Below, one piece after another: positions 21,044-32,043 of a stretch of DNA of 64,000 nucleotides (positions are counted from its first letter, which is position 1; each line of letters opens with the position of its first letter). The stretch comes from Porphyridium purpureum. Lineage: Eukaryota. The notes beneath the pieces are model-generated. The model saw only the letters and a list, made by a program, of their open reading frames with translations, was not told where the DNA came from and made no database searches. Made by a program: the position numbers and the translations under genes. The stretch covers positions 62,001 through 126,000 of the forward strand of contig VRMN01000011.1 in NCBI GenBank assembly GCA_008690995.1. Direction: 5' to 3'.

Positions 21044-23119
21044 ATGTTAGATAAAAGACACAGTGATGCGAGGATGGGATTGCCGGCGATTCTTGGCAAG
21101 GTCGGCGCAGGGGTGCTGGTCTGCGTGCTCGCCGCAGCGGCACTACGCGCCGTGGTCCGATGGTTTGGAGCGCACTCGTTCAATGTGCAGCGTGCGGTGC
21201 GCGGCGGCGATACAAAGTACGCTCGCCTGCTAAAGCGAGCGCGGATTGAGGCAGTGCGGCGGCTCCACACGCACGTTGATTTCCAGCTCGTGCATGCCGA
21301 GGATGTGACAACGCATTTTGCGCGCGTTTTCTATGGTGCGGATGTCCGGACGCACCGTGTAGAGTTGCAACTGCGAGTTGCCTCACAGCTCAACGAGACA
21401 GCGAGTGGGCAAGACTCTTCCGTGCAAGTTTTGCAGGTGATTGACGGCGACCAGATTACAACACTGCCGGAAGTGCATGAGGAGAAAGTGCAACTTGTTG
21501 TCCTGAAGAAAGGAGATGGCGACAAAAGTGATGTGGTAGACGAGCAATCTGTCGTTCAAGCGTCGCCAACGGACGATGTGAAAGAGACTCTCACACTTGA
21601 ATTTCCGAATTGTGAAGCTGCGGAGCAGTTTTCTTCGCTGCTGAGTTCGCAGGTGCGAGCAAGGGCTATGGCTAGTGACCGAAAGGAGCTAGCGTGGCCA
21701 TCGAATGCGAATATTTTTGCAGTGACCCTCAACACAGGAAACCAGAACGATCCGAGCGCAGATAGGCTGCGTCATTTGGTACCTCGGAACAACACGGCAA
21801 ATCCATATGACTTGTACGTGCTTGGGCTTCAGGAAGTGAGCAAGGCCGCCAAGTGGGAATCGATTGTAGAGGACCTGTTGACGTCTGCCGGGTTTGCTCG
21901 CTGTCTTGTGGTATTTTCGTGGGATCGTGGACTGTTTCTTTACGCTCGCCGTAGCGTCATACACGCAATCTCAGAGCTGCAAAGCTCAGATGTATTTGTG
22001 GGCATGGGCGGGGTGGCAGGCAACAAGGGCGCGATTCTATGCCGGTTTCGTTTCTACGAGACGCGGTATGGCTTTGTGAACGCTCATTTTGCCGCACACA
22101 TGGAGAATGTGGAGCAGAGGAACGCTGATTCAATTAGTATTCTGAACAAGTTTGAGCACGAGCGTCGCAAGCTGCTGTCCCTTGCGTGGGTGCCCCACTA
22201 CTGGGTGTTGATGGGTGACTTGAACTATCGCATCGAAAAAGACGCGCCGGAGTGCCTGCAGGCGATTGAGCAAAATGATCTGCCTCGCCTACTTGAAGCG
22301 GACCAGCTGTGTCTCATGCGACGTCTGGGTCATGCTTTGGACACGTTTTCGGAAGCGCCAATAACCTTTGCGCCGACGTACAAGATGGAGAGAGATGTGA
22401 ACGAATACACGGAGGAGAAGAACCGCGTTCCTTCGTGGTGTGACCGGGTGTTGTACCGCTCTGTGAAAGGCGCGCACGTGGAGGTTCGGGATTACTCCAG
22501 CATTACTGAAATGTTTGGCAGTGATCACCGGCCTGTCTATGCGTCCTTTCGAACCCGCCAACTCCACCGTCTTGCATCAACTGACCTAGCTTTTCCTTTC
22601 GTTGATTTCGCTCGGTGGCTCGTGTTTCCAAGTTTGTCATGCGTATTCCGTACGTTGACTAGAGCGAAACTGCTGCGTGCGAACGATGACGAGGTGCGAA
22701 GCGTAGAGAGCGAGAACAGTGACGAGCAGGCAAGTTTCCCTTTCGTCCGGATTACATCGGATCTTTTCAAGGGCCGACTAGACTATTCACTCCCACCGCG
22801 ATCGAAGACGCTGTGTCCTGCGTGGGACTCCCACGAGATCCCAGAGTGTCATCTCGTGGATGAAAAGGTCCAGGCCGGCCACGTCATCCTGGAAGTATGG
22901 GACAAGGACACAGTTGGTTCCACGTACAGAGGGCGCGCCGTGATTTATCTGGACGAGAACTTCTTCACAAGGCCTGCAGCTGAGGATTTACAGATTGACG
23001 AGCCGATTTCATTGGCTGGCTTGAATGTAGGTCGCATGAAGGGCAGCGTCCGGTTAAGGCAGGAAGGAGGTCGCGTCCTGCGGCGACGTGGCACTTTGAC
23101 AGCAATTCTGGGTTTATGA
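21044..23119 (+). CDS. Inositol polyphosphate 5-phosphatase with N-terminal TM and C-terminal C2-like region
   Basis: DLYVLGLQE, GNKGA, FVNAHFAAH, MGDLNYRI, PTYK, RVPSWCDRVL, SDHRPV. Confidence 0.92.
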   Translation: MLDKRHSDARMGLPAILGKVGAGVLVCVLAAAALRAVVRWFGAHSFNVQRAVRGGDTKYARLLKRARIEAVRRLHTHVDFQLVHAEDVTTHFARVFYGADVRTHRVELQLRVASQLNETASGQDSSVQVLQVIDGDQITTLPEVHEEKVQLVVLKKGDGDKSDVVDEQSVVQASPTDDVKETLTLEFPNCEAAEQFSSLLSSQVRARAMASDRKELAWPSNANIFAVTLNTGNQNDPSADRLRHLVPRNNTANPYDLYVLGLQEVSKAAKWESIVEDLLTSAGFARCLVVFSWDRGLFLYARRSVIHAISELQSSDVFVGMGGVAGNKGAILCRFRFYETRYGFVNAHFAAHMENVEQRNADSISILNKFEHERRKLLSLAWVPHYWVLMGDLNYRIEKDAPECLQAIEQNDLPRLLEADQLCLMRRLGHALDTFSEAPITFAPTYKMERDVNEYTEEKNRVPSWCDRVLYRSVKGAHVEVRDYSSITEMFGSDHRPVYASFRTRQLHRLASTDLAFPFVDFARWLVFPSLSCVFRTLTRAKLLRANDDEVRSVESENSDEQASFPFVRITSDLFKGRLDYSLPPRSKTLCPAWDSHEIPECHLVDEKVQAGHVILEVWDKDTVGSTYRGRAVIYLDENFFTRPAAEDLQIDEPISLAGLNVGRMKGSVRLRQEGGRVLRRRGTLTAILGL

Positions 23120-23287
23120 TATCTTGAGCTAGTCGTTCGGTTCTTGAATTCCTTCGCACTGCTGTGCCTTTGGCGAACACGAACATTTCATGGAGAGGTT
23201 GAGAGAGGGACAAAAAAGGAGGGGTGGGTGGCAGACAGGGACAAAAATGAAGATAGATTCTGAATCTTTTATTGTCTGTGCCACTTT

Positions 23288-24826
23288 TCAAAGAGAACGT
23301 GTAGGACGTGACGCTTGTCGCTGCTCGGACGAAAGAGAGCTAAATGCTCTCTTTATTGCTAAAGTGGACGGAGAAGGCGAGTGGCCAACCACAGGACAGA
23401 AATCACCCAGTAAGAAGATTCCACCACAACTGAAAGATGTGCTCCGTCGCCCTGACCGCCTCGACGCTGCAGCGGTGCCGAAAAACGTCGGAATGATATA
23501 GGCACTCAACTCGTTCAGAATCTGATTCGGGACGGCTTCAATTGCAGCGCTGTCAAAGGCCGTCGTGAAAGAGCGCGTACCTGGCGCGAAAGTTCCAAGT
23601 GTCATCGCGTTTGGTGACAAGAATGGCCGGTTGTTGTTCTCTACCTCCAGCGCCAGACGCTTCAGCTTGGCCGAGTTTAAACCAATCGACTCACCAATTC
23701 CAAGCGTGTAAACCGTGTGACCGAGGCCGCGTAGCTCGTCTGTGAAAGCGTACGGATACGCGTAGTTGTGGTCGACGATATTTCGACCGCCACTCGTGGA
23801 CCAGCCCTAGCGGCCTCAGTCAAAGTCGGTCCTCACCTGAGGGCTTGCGTCGCCTTGGTCAGTGTAGATCGTGCGACCGACTCTGCCGCGGCACTCTGCG
23901 TCTGGGCGGTCACTTTGCCTCGTGCCTCCCAAGGGCGTGGTGACATCCATACCCGACGTGTAAACAAGCGGCGGGTCCGTCGGATCGCAAAGTGGGCTGC
24001 GACACCTATCAACGAGGGTCTCGTTGCACCCGTTCTCCTCGCCATCCGTAAGCACAAATATAAATGTACTACCAGGCGGATTGATTGCACCGTGCAAGTC
24101 CTTGCTCACTTCCTGCACATGCGCAATACCAAATCCAATGGATGTGAAGCCTCCTGGATTTTCATTTCCCATATCAATCCAATATTGAAGGTTCTGAGTC
24201 AGCACAACGTCATTTGCACCATCAGCCGCAGAGTAGCAGCGCAGCGCCAAGTCCTCGGATCGCTTGCAAGTATCACTGTATACATATGTGCAGGTTGTTC
24301 CCCCTCGATCACAGAACCCAGGTCATGACAAATTCAGAATGGAGTCTGGCGTCTGCGTCAAGTAGACCGGGAAGAAGAGTTCCTGCTGCCGGCACGTGTT
24401 ATCGTTCGTCTTGCACTCGCTTCTGATACTGCCAGAGTGATTCAGCACAAATTGAAGACTGACATTGCTGAGGTCGCACGCCGCTGGTGTCGCAGACGGT
24501 GGCGGCGTGGGAATTGGGGTCGGCACCACGACGCTTTCGACCCATGAGACAATCTGGGCGCACGCTGCGTCGATCGGAATCATCTGCATGCCGCAGCACG
24601 TCGAGTTGTACCTATTGCAGAACTCGCCCGTAAAGACAGTACTTTCCTCACAGACGTCGCCAAGAGCGCCAGTGCACGGTTCGATACCCACAGCACATGT
24701 ACAAAACACCTTGCGATCAGGTTGGCACGCCTCGCCTGGCGTCTGCGCAGCAGCGCGTACTACAACGCACGCCAGAAGACCCACGAACGCCACGGTGACG
24801 CAGCCCATCTGTGCATGCATCTTCAT
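23288..24826 (-). pseudogene. Secreted Cys-rich VWA-domain gene with three in-frame stops and no frameshift
   Basis: Signal peptide, FVLNHSGSI (degenerate MIDAS), GFTSIGFGI, IFVLTDG, ELRGLGHTVYTLGIG all in one frame. Stops: TGA 24323-5, TGA 23816-8, TAG 23807-9. Confidence 0.7.
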
Positions 24827-26139
24827 CCTGAGCCAGGTCTTCTCTGCCTAAGGTCAAAGCAGCCCAGCTAGTGGCACAATCGCTTCGCGTGCTGCTGCAT
24901 GCCCTGCGCGACAACGCTGGTGCAGGCATTTCAGCGCAGACACCGTGTCGCCATTCTCATTCTTTAACACTCAAAGGCCTTCTCATCAGGTGCTTTGACC
25001 AAAGACGGAGAACAATACACTCACATGACGCAAACGAATGTTCCATTGGTTCCACAAAGCGTGAAACGAAGACGCAGCAAAAGCCGAAGATTCTGCGCGA
25101 GGAACGCAAACGGACAGAAGCGGGATGCCATGCGTATGGGTATGCAGCATGTCCATAAAAATAGGTTGCGCGTTCCCTTTTCCCTCACACGAACGCTAAA
25201 TCTTCATTGGCCACTGTGGCGTCATGTAACACAGACCAAAACCCAGTGGGCGGGCTTGGGTATCTTGCTGGCTCTTTTGCTGCCAGTTTTCTTGCTTTGT
25301 GGTGTCCTGTAAACATTGAAGCGCAGCCGTCACACGCACATGCAGCACATACCCACGATCATCCGCCAACGGCGATCCAGTCCTTCCGTGTCAGAGTGCG
25401 GTACTGCACTCGACGCGAGTTGCGCACTGGAGAAGCACACCATTTAGTAGCAAGCTCAGCGGGCACATCGAACAGATTCCGCTCGCAGAGAACTGAGCGG
25501 AGTTCAGCTCACCCACGCGAGCGTGGCAGTCTGCAAGCCACTGAAATGAATCTTGCACAGCTGTGTTCCCGCTCGGGACGCGGCTTGTGCGTCACGCGAC
25601 TTGTTCCACATTTTCTTGCCACATCACCTTCATTCAACACAGACGGGGCGCGCACGGTCGATCCGCCTTGCGCGCAGCAACGTCCAAAGTCCATAAATCC
25701 TCTCGGGCAGAGCAGACACCTCTTGACACATCATCAAGAAGTACATCGGCAACACAAACGGACGGGACAGAGCCGCATCTCTCGGAGCTACGGACGTGGA
25801 TGGAAATGTGGCAATGGAACGATGAAGATGCAGTTCGGGACTGCAGGGATTCTGACGCCGAGACTTGAATCTTCATAGCATGAAAACGACACGGGCCAGG
25901 ATCGTGTGTGAACAATTTCTCGAATGGACCACAGTTTGGAAGAGGTGCGAAGTGTTGCCTTGGTTGAACACGTCAATCTGTGTCTCCTGAAGTTGAGAAC
26001 AACGTCGCCGTCACGGCGGCAAGGAGGTCGCGCCGCCTTTGTGTTAGACCATGGGAAAAGCCCGATGCAATACCCGACGATATCGTTTCCAAGAATGATG
26101 TTGAAACACACGTCGCGTTCAATAAGTCTACCTGCTTTA

Positions 26140-27105
26140 TCACAAATCCACGTCAAAATTGAGGGCCACACTGACCTTGTCGATCTTCTCTGTTGTTGTG
26201 TACGAGGTCTCCGATCCCAACACAGGCATGACGAACACGCTGGCTCCAGACGGCTCACCAGCCTTGCCCGTTTTCGGATCGGTCATTCCCAGAAGCGGCA
26301 GCTTCTCGCCCTTCGTCTTGATGTTGACCAGGGAGGTCACAGCTTCTCCGAGCAGCTTGCATCTCGTTCCGTTCCACGTCGCGCTTCCGGTGAACACCTC
26401 GATTTTGATATGCCTACTCACGTCGCCAAGCAGAGCTTCCGCCACGTCGCTGTGGTACCCGGGAAGCTCGACTTTAACGGCGCCCTTCTTCGGCGACAGC
26501 GCCGACGCCGGCGCAGAGGCAATGTAGATGGGTGTAAACTCGTGCCTTTGGTTGACTCTGCTCAAGCGCACCAGCAGTGGGCCTTTGGCAGCGCCGTTGA
26601 TCGTAATCTTGGAGGTGAAGACTGCGTGCTGAAAGGCGAGCGCGACGGGGTCCATGGCGACGTACAGAGAGCCCATGAATTTGCCCGGGTGCTTTTCGTT
26701 GACAAGTGAGATGCCCTCCAACAGCGCAATCTTGGACAGAAGCTTGTCGTATGTCAAGGTGGCGCCTCCTATCAAGTCGTCCTTCTTGCCGACGTCCTTG
26801 TCCCAGACGGAAATCCTGATCTCTGTATGCAGTTCGCTCTCCGAGATCTTTGGGCGGCGCCACGTCTTCAAGAATGCCCCAGACGGCGTATCCTGCAGGA
26901 CTTCCGAGCGGAACAGCTCGGTTCCCTTTTCGTCTAGAATGACGACGTACGGATCGCTCTCACTGCCCACGTCCATTTTCGCCATGGCGCGCACGCTGAA
27001 CGCGAAACATCTTGGATCACCCGCCTCCTCATCGCCCGGCTGGCTCACCTTCACCGCCGCGGTCAGGCGCGCGGACAACACCTTCTCAATGGTGTCGTCC
27101 GCCAT
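26140..27105 (-). CDS. C2-domain protein (copine-like C2)
   Basis: DVGSESDPYVV, RSEV, IRISVWDKDVGKKDDLIG with Ca2+-ligand Asp residues; second divergent beta-rich domain. Confidence 0.8.
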   Translation of the reverse strand: MADDTIEKVLSARLTAAVKVSQPGDEEAGDPRCFAFSVRAMAKMDVGSESDPYVVILDEKGTELFRSEVLQDTPSGAFLKTWRRPKISESELHTEIRISVWDKDVGKKDDLIGGATLTYDKLLSKIALLEGISLVNEKHPGKFMGSLYVAMDPVALAFQHAVFTSKITINGAAKGPLLVRLSRVNQRHEFTPIYIASAPASALSPKKGAVKVELPGYHSDVAEALLGDVSRHIKIEVFTGSATWNGTRCKLLGEAVTSLVNIKTKGEKLPLLGMTDPKTGKAGEPSGASVFVMPVLGSETSYTTTEKIDKVSVALNFDVDL

Positions 27106-27572
27106 TATTCTACTCTTCCATCAAACGCCTTTTCATTCCTCCCGCTTCTCCCACTCGACTGCCTTCTTGCTCCCACTGCTGCCCCGCTTGACGTGTCAGT
27201 CGAATCGCTGCAACCACTGTACTTCTACTGTACTTCACCCAACGCCCCGAACACGTTTCGAGCGATCGCCTCGGAAATAGCCATTCCATTGGAATGCGTC
27301 AGATTCTCACCAACACGGCGCTGTTTTAATAGACGCACGTTCATACGCGGTCATCGGTCGTCCACTCTCAAAGCGTGGACTCTCCGTACTCACTGTACTC
27401 ACTGTACGAACGTTTATCTATAAAAGCACGTGTGTTTTTGGGTAGGTTGTGATGCGAGATGACAACGGGGGAGGTATTTAAAGATGAAGATGACAAGATG
27501 ACAACGGCGTGCGAGCGCGCGCGTTTCTGGGGTTGAAGGGGAAAGAGGGTGTGAAGGAGGAAGGGCAAGGGG

Positions 27573-28538
27573 ATGGTGATGAGTGTGAATGAACATGGCG
27601 AGCCGCAGAATGGCGTGGAGAAGCTCGTGATTGAAAGTCGCCATGGGCTTGAAAATGAGGATAACGGCGCGTCGCGCGCGGGCCCGAGCGTGAATGGAAA
27701 CGCGCTTCTTCAGGCCCACCAACAGCAGCACCAGCAGCAGCAGCAGCAGCGCAAGAACCGGTACATGCAGCCAGGTCCGCTGGGAGGTGCCGCCGCGCCA
27801 GTGCCCGCGTCCTCGCGCGTGTTCAAGTTCAAGCCTGAAAAGCACGGCGTCAATTACGGAATGAGAGTCAAGGAAATCGATTCGAACACGGGCGAGCCGT
27901 ATAAAGTGGTGTGTCGGTTCTGCGAGTCGTTCGGTCGGGCCGGACCCGCCGCGCCAGCCACCGGCACGGGCTCGGACGCACAGGAGAGCATCCATGCCAA
28001 AAAGAGGCAGAGGAAGCTGGCTCAGACGTTCCCGGTCGCCTCGTTCTACTTGGGTAATGTCAAGCGCCATCTGGATGCGTACCACAAGGACAAGTACATG
28101 GAGTATCGCAAGTTGCTCAAGGAAGGCGGACACGAGGCCATTGACGCGTTCTTCGCAAACAGGCCAGCAGATGCTTGTGCTTCCCCTGACGACCCCGTGA
28201 AGCAGCAGAACGCCGCGAGTGGCATTACGATGGTGGCACCCGGACACACTTTGCCCTCGCAACCCTTTGCGATGGCTATTGCACCACAGCCGCATATGCT
28301 CGAAGCTGGTTTGAGCATGCACAACTGGGAAAATGAGTTCGTGCGCGCATCCGAACGAAACGTGGACGATAGTGGTGAATTGAGTTTCGAGCAGGCCGCC
28401 AAGGTCATCGCCAGGGTCACCAAGCGGCCCAGCATTTACCCAAGTGCGGTCAAGAAGCTCGAGGAATGCGACATGGACAAGAATGGGAAGACCGATCTTG
28501 ATGAATTCCTGACCGCCGTACAGCTGCTCGACTTTTAA
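27573..28538 (+). CDS. BED-like C2H2 zinc-finger protein with C-terminal EF-hand pair
   Basis: CRFC...HLDAYH, NLS-like KKRQRK, polyQ, EF loops NVDDSGELSFEQ and DMDKNGKTDLDE. Confidence 0.75.
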   Translation: MVMSVNEHGEPQNGVEKLVIESRHGLENEDNGASRAGPSVNGNALLQAHQQQHQQQQQQRKNRYMQPGPLGGAAAPVPASSRVFKFKPEKHGVNYGMRVKEIDSNTGEPYKVVCRFCESFGRAGPAAPATGTGSDAQESIHAKKRQRKLAQTFPVASFYLGNVKRHLDAYHKDKYMEYRKLLKEGGHEAIDAFFANRPADACASPDDPVKQQNAASGITMVAPGHTLPSQPFAMAIAPQPHMLEAGLSMHNWENEFVRASERNVDDSGELSFEQAAKVIARVTKRPSIYPSAVKKLEECDMDKNGKTDLDEFLTAVQLLDF

Positions 28539-28642
28539 AGGCGATTCAGATCGGATTGACTCGCGGGCTTGTTCGAAATAAGCAAAATACAAAGTCATAA
28601 CACAAACAGCGAAATCTTGTTTAAACCCGTTCTCCGTGTCAC

Positions 28643-31567
28643 TCATTGCGAATGTCTGGAACCTATGAAGTCTGCGCCGTCCAAGCGATGGACTTGAACA
28701 TCCGAGAACTGCATGGAGGCCAACTGCATCATGGCTGCCGCCAGCACGGGCTGTGGGTTAAGTGCATTGACTGTAACGCCGAGCGCGAATCGAGCGTCTG
28801 CGTCCGCATATGCATAGCTGCCGCCCAACCCGCCATGGCTGATGCGCAACTTGCTATTGTTCGCGCCGGGATGCTTCCTCAGTCCAAGACCGAAATCCCA
28901 CTCTGCCGGCGTTGACTCCACAATACGACGAACCGTACCCGGATGCAAAATCCGTGCGCCTGTGGAGCAGCACAGACCATCATTGGCGAGCACGTCCATG
29001 AGCGCCGCCACGGCGCGAGCCGTCACGTGCCCATTCGCAGCCGGGATGCAAGCGCGGCGCAACTTGGAATAGTTGAAGAATGAGGGCGTTGAGGTTAGGC
29101 TCGACCCCTCGGCCGAGGCACCCGCCGCTTCCGGCTTGAAAGACGCATTATCCGAGCTGGGCGTGGAGGACTCGTCCTCTGGCGCGATGGAGTCTAGATG
29201 ATCCTGGATCTTTGCCATACGCTCCTCCGGCCGCATGTCAGCTCCCGTTCCGTTCTGTTCAGTGCGGACCAGGCCTTTTAGTCGTTGCTGGTCCTTTTCA
29301 CTCATCTTACTGAACCGCTCGCGCATGGCTTCGACGAGTTTGCCCATCGCAAGAGACGCCAAACGGTGCTCAACGTCCGGAAAAGCCGATTGCCCATTGG
29401 TGTCTGCCGGAAACCCACACCACATATCTGACTCGAGACCCATGGGCTCTGCCAGCTCGGTCTTCAGTAATTTTTCGAACGATGCACCACCCATGTGCTC
29501 GATGACGTACCCAAGCAACCATCCAAAGGAGAGCGCATGGTATTCACAGACATCACCGGGTTTGGAGCTCGGTGTCGCATTTTGCATGTGCTGAAGCATG
29601 GTGTCCCAGGATAACATTTCGAATGGCGACTCCATGAGACTCTCAAGTCCGGCACGGGCGAGTCCAGCCGAGTGCGACAGAATATGTCGCACAGCAATTT
29701 GGTTTTCGTTTGCAGAATTGGTGCTGCCAAATCCGGGCCAAATGTCGCATAAGGGCGTATCGATTGAGCCCAACAACATGCCATGGTCGTGCAAAGACCA
29801 GAAAAGTACAGTCGCAAACGCCTTGGTCACGGAGAAGACGTTGAAGAGCGTGTCAGGAGTAACAGGCAGGCCAGAATATTTTGACGCCACGCCGTAACTC
29901 ACATCTAGCACACGCTTGCCCTGATAGTGCATGACGACCTGGCAGCCTTGCACAAGGCCGGCATTGTGCAGCTTGTCAATCACAAAAAGTGCCCTCCGCT
30001 CTAGCTGCGGGAGCAGAGCGCCGGGTGCGAGAACCCGCGGAATCTTTTGATGTCGCAGTGTTGCAACTGCATGCATTTTCCGTGCGTGTTCAAACAGAGC
30101 GCGCTCGGCAAACGGCCGTAATGTATGGAGGTAGCTGACACGCACGCCCAGATGGGTAGCTAGACCACGAAGTAAGTAGAGCATGCGAGAAAAGAATACA
30201 AAACTACCCGGAAATGCCTCAAGTGGGTTGCGTCGTAAACTTGAGTCGCCCTGCAGTTTGATCTTAATCTTTTCAGACATCTTCTTCATGCGCTGCTTGC
30301 GGTCTTTCATCTCGGACTTGAGCTCGGTGCGAGCCTCTTCTTTGGGCTTGCTGTCGCGGAAAAAAAAGCGCGTCATACGCACAGACTCGGCGTACAAGTC
30401 ATGAAATGAGCTCGACAAAATCAGTCCCAACTCATCGAAGCTGTCAATCAGGGTGCCAACGTCGTTCTCGTCAGCCGCAACGATCATTTTCGCAAAGCCC
30501 AGGCGCGCCGAGTCATCCAAAATTTTGGTGAGGCCAAAGTCCAGCAGAACGGGGCGGCATTGGCCCTTCTCTTCGAGCAGGCGTACCATGAGATTCCCCG
30601 GGTGTGGATCGCCGGAAAAGCAGCCATCAATGAAGACCTGGCACCCGAATGCGCGAGCGCACTGGGTCAGCAGCCAGTCCATATCCACGCCATGTGCGCT
30701 GAGTGCGTCCGTGTCCAAAATACGCACGCCATCAATAAACGTCATCACCAGCACGCGTTGTGAAGGTGGCACGTCCAAGATAACCTGCGGGAACTCACAC
30801 GTGATGGAAAGCGGGTCATTCAGCGGCGTCTGAAAACGGAACGGAAACGCTGCGCGCTCGACACGCTGCAGGTTGTCGCGCTCACGAACAAAGTCAAGCT
30901 CGTGCGGCACCTCGGCACCCCATTCGCGCATCACGGGCCGCACGTCGTACTCGGGTACGCTCCACGCCAGCACGTCCGCAATGCGGTTCATGACCGCAAG
31001 ATCCTGCAGGATTTTAGCGTCCACGCCACGATGCTGCACCTTTACAGCCACGTCTGTGCCCCGGTACTTTGCCCTATAAACCTGCGCGATGCTTGCGCTG
31101 GCAATGGGCTCCGGTTCAAACGCATCAAACATATCGTAAACGGAGCGAATGCCGAATTCAGCGCAGATAGTCGCGGAGGTCTCCTCAAACGGCTTGGCCT
31201 TGCACGTGTCCTGACACCGCGCAAACGACCGAATGTATGCATCTGGGAAAATGTCGCTTCTGGATGACACGTACTGTGCGAACTTGACGTAGAGCCCTTG
31301 CAAGTTAGCCACACGCTGATACAAATATTCGGCGTTTACCTGATGGGCATGCTCCCACCACGCGTCGATTCGCTGCGTGGAAACCAGCCATCCCTTTCCG
31401 TACTTGTCGAGCTTCCTGATCACATAATACGAGCAATGCACACGCAGCGCCACGGCATACACCTCCACCGACCTCCATCCGACCAACCAGCACAAAAACA
31501 GGAACACACTCACGACCACAATACCCAGCGCGCTCGCGGCGTACACAATCCACATCTTGATTCCCAT
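28643..31567 (-). CDS. ABC1/UbiB atypical kinase fused to a beta-lactamase-family domain
   Basis: GLYVKFAQ, PIASASIAQVY, VAVKVQH, DPHPGN, LLDFG, then FSVTK (SxxK), ILSHSAGL, YHALSFG, HGGLGGS. Confidence 0.92.
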   Translation of the reverse strand: MGIKMWIVYAASALGIVVVSVFLFLCWLVGWRSVEVYAVALRVHCSYYVIRKLDKYGKGWLVSTQRIDAWWEHAHQVNAEYLYQRVANLQGLYVKFAQYVSSRSDIFPDAYIRSFARCQDTCKAKPFEETSATICAEFGIRSVYDMFDAFEPEPIASASIAQVYRAKYRGTDVAVKVQHRGVDAKILQDLAVMNRIADVLAWSVPEYDVRPVMREWGAEVPHELDFVRERDNLQRVERAAFPFRFQTPLNDPLSITCEFPQVILDVPPSQRVLVMTFIDGVRILDTDALSAHGVDMDWLLTQCARAFGCQVFIDGCFSGDPHPGNLMVRLLEEKGQCRPVLLDFGLTKILDDSARLGFAKMIVAADENDVGTLIDSFDELGLILSSSFHDLYAESVRMTRFFFRDSKPKEEARTELKSEMKDRKQRMKKMSEKIKIKLQGDSSLRRNPLEAFPGSFVFFSRMLYLLRGLATHLGVRVSYLHTLRPFAERALFEHARKMHAVATLRHQKIPRVLAPGALLPQLERRALFVIDKLHNAGLVQGCQVVMHYQGKRVLDVSYGVASKYSGLPVTPDTLFNVFSVTKAFATVLFWSLHDHGMLLGSIDTPLCDIWPGFGSTNSANENQIAVRHILSHSAGLARAGLESLMESPFEMLSWDTMLQHMQNATPSSKPGDVCEYHALSFGWLLGYVIEHMGGASFEKLLKTELAEPMGLESDMWCGFPADTNGQSAFPDVEHRLASLAMGKLVEAMRERFSKMSEKDQQRLKGLVRTEQNGTGADMRPEERMAKIQDHLDSIAPEDESSTPSSDNASFKPEAAGASAEGSSLTSTPSFFNYSKLRRACIPAANGHVTARAVAALMDVLANDGLCCSTGARILHPGTVRRIVESTPAEWDFGLGLRKHPGANNSKLRISHGGLGGSYAYADADARFALGVTVNALNPQPVLAAAMMQLASMQFSDVQVHRLDGADFIGSRHSQ

Positions 31568-31761
31568 CCTGTCCTTCCTTTCCCTCTGTCTCTGCCAGCA
31601 CTGTCACGCACATTCCCTTACCTCGTCCCCTACACTCCGCCTCCACCAATTAACTGCTCCCTTAACCGGTAACTGAAAAAACTGAATTAACCAATAAACC
31701 GTTGAACCACGCTACGTCTCCTTAAACCGGTAACACCACAACAGGTTCAAACCGTCAGACC

Positions 31762-31804
31762 GGCTAAATGGCTAAATGGCTAAATGGCTAAATGGCTAAA
31801 TGGC
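31762..31804. repeat. 8-bp tandem repeat (GGCTAAAT)x5 in a divergent promoter
   Basis: Five perfect units at 31762-31801 plus GGC. Confidence 0.95.
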
Positions 31805-32043
31805 GAGTGTGAGTGTTTTTGGTGTCTTCGGTAAGGACTTGCGTCAAGCTTGGTAAAGTGGTGGAATTTAATGGAAGATGGGTACAGCGCGCATGAAAGG
31901 AGAGTGTACAGTTTTGCGTTGTGTTTGTGGGTGCGGGCGCGGACAAAGCGGGACGAGGTGGAGAATAGGGAAGAGAGATTGGGAGTGTGGGCGCAGAGAG
32001 TGGAGCGCATGTGTCAAGGTTGAAGAGACAAGGGGCAGAGAAG

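Noticed and set aside
12359..24325. Genome-wide stop-codon reassignment or selenocysteine to explain the internal stops
   Set aside because: TAG and TGA end conserved genes at the expected positions (eIF1, ClpB, DAD1, UNC-50), and no SECIS could be identified.
24900..26130. Short ORFs between the VWA pseudogene and the C2 gene
   Set aside because: No recognisable motif or consistent frame; left unannotated.
27414..28646. Long antisense ORFs (also 1577-2611, 41833-43089, 51282-52271)
   Set aside because: They overlap better-supported genes on the other strand and carry no motifs, as expected in GC-rich DNA.
28643..31567. ABC1 kinase/beta-lactamase fusion as a novelty
   Set aside because: This architecture is already known in plants and algae.
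31762..31804. Interstitial telomeric repeat
   Set aside because: GGCTAAAT matches no telomere unit I can support; treated as a minisatellite.
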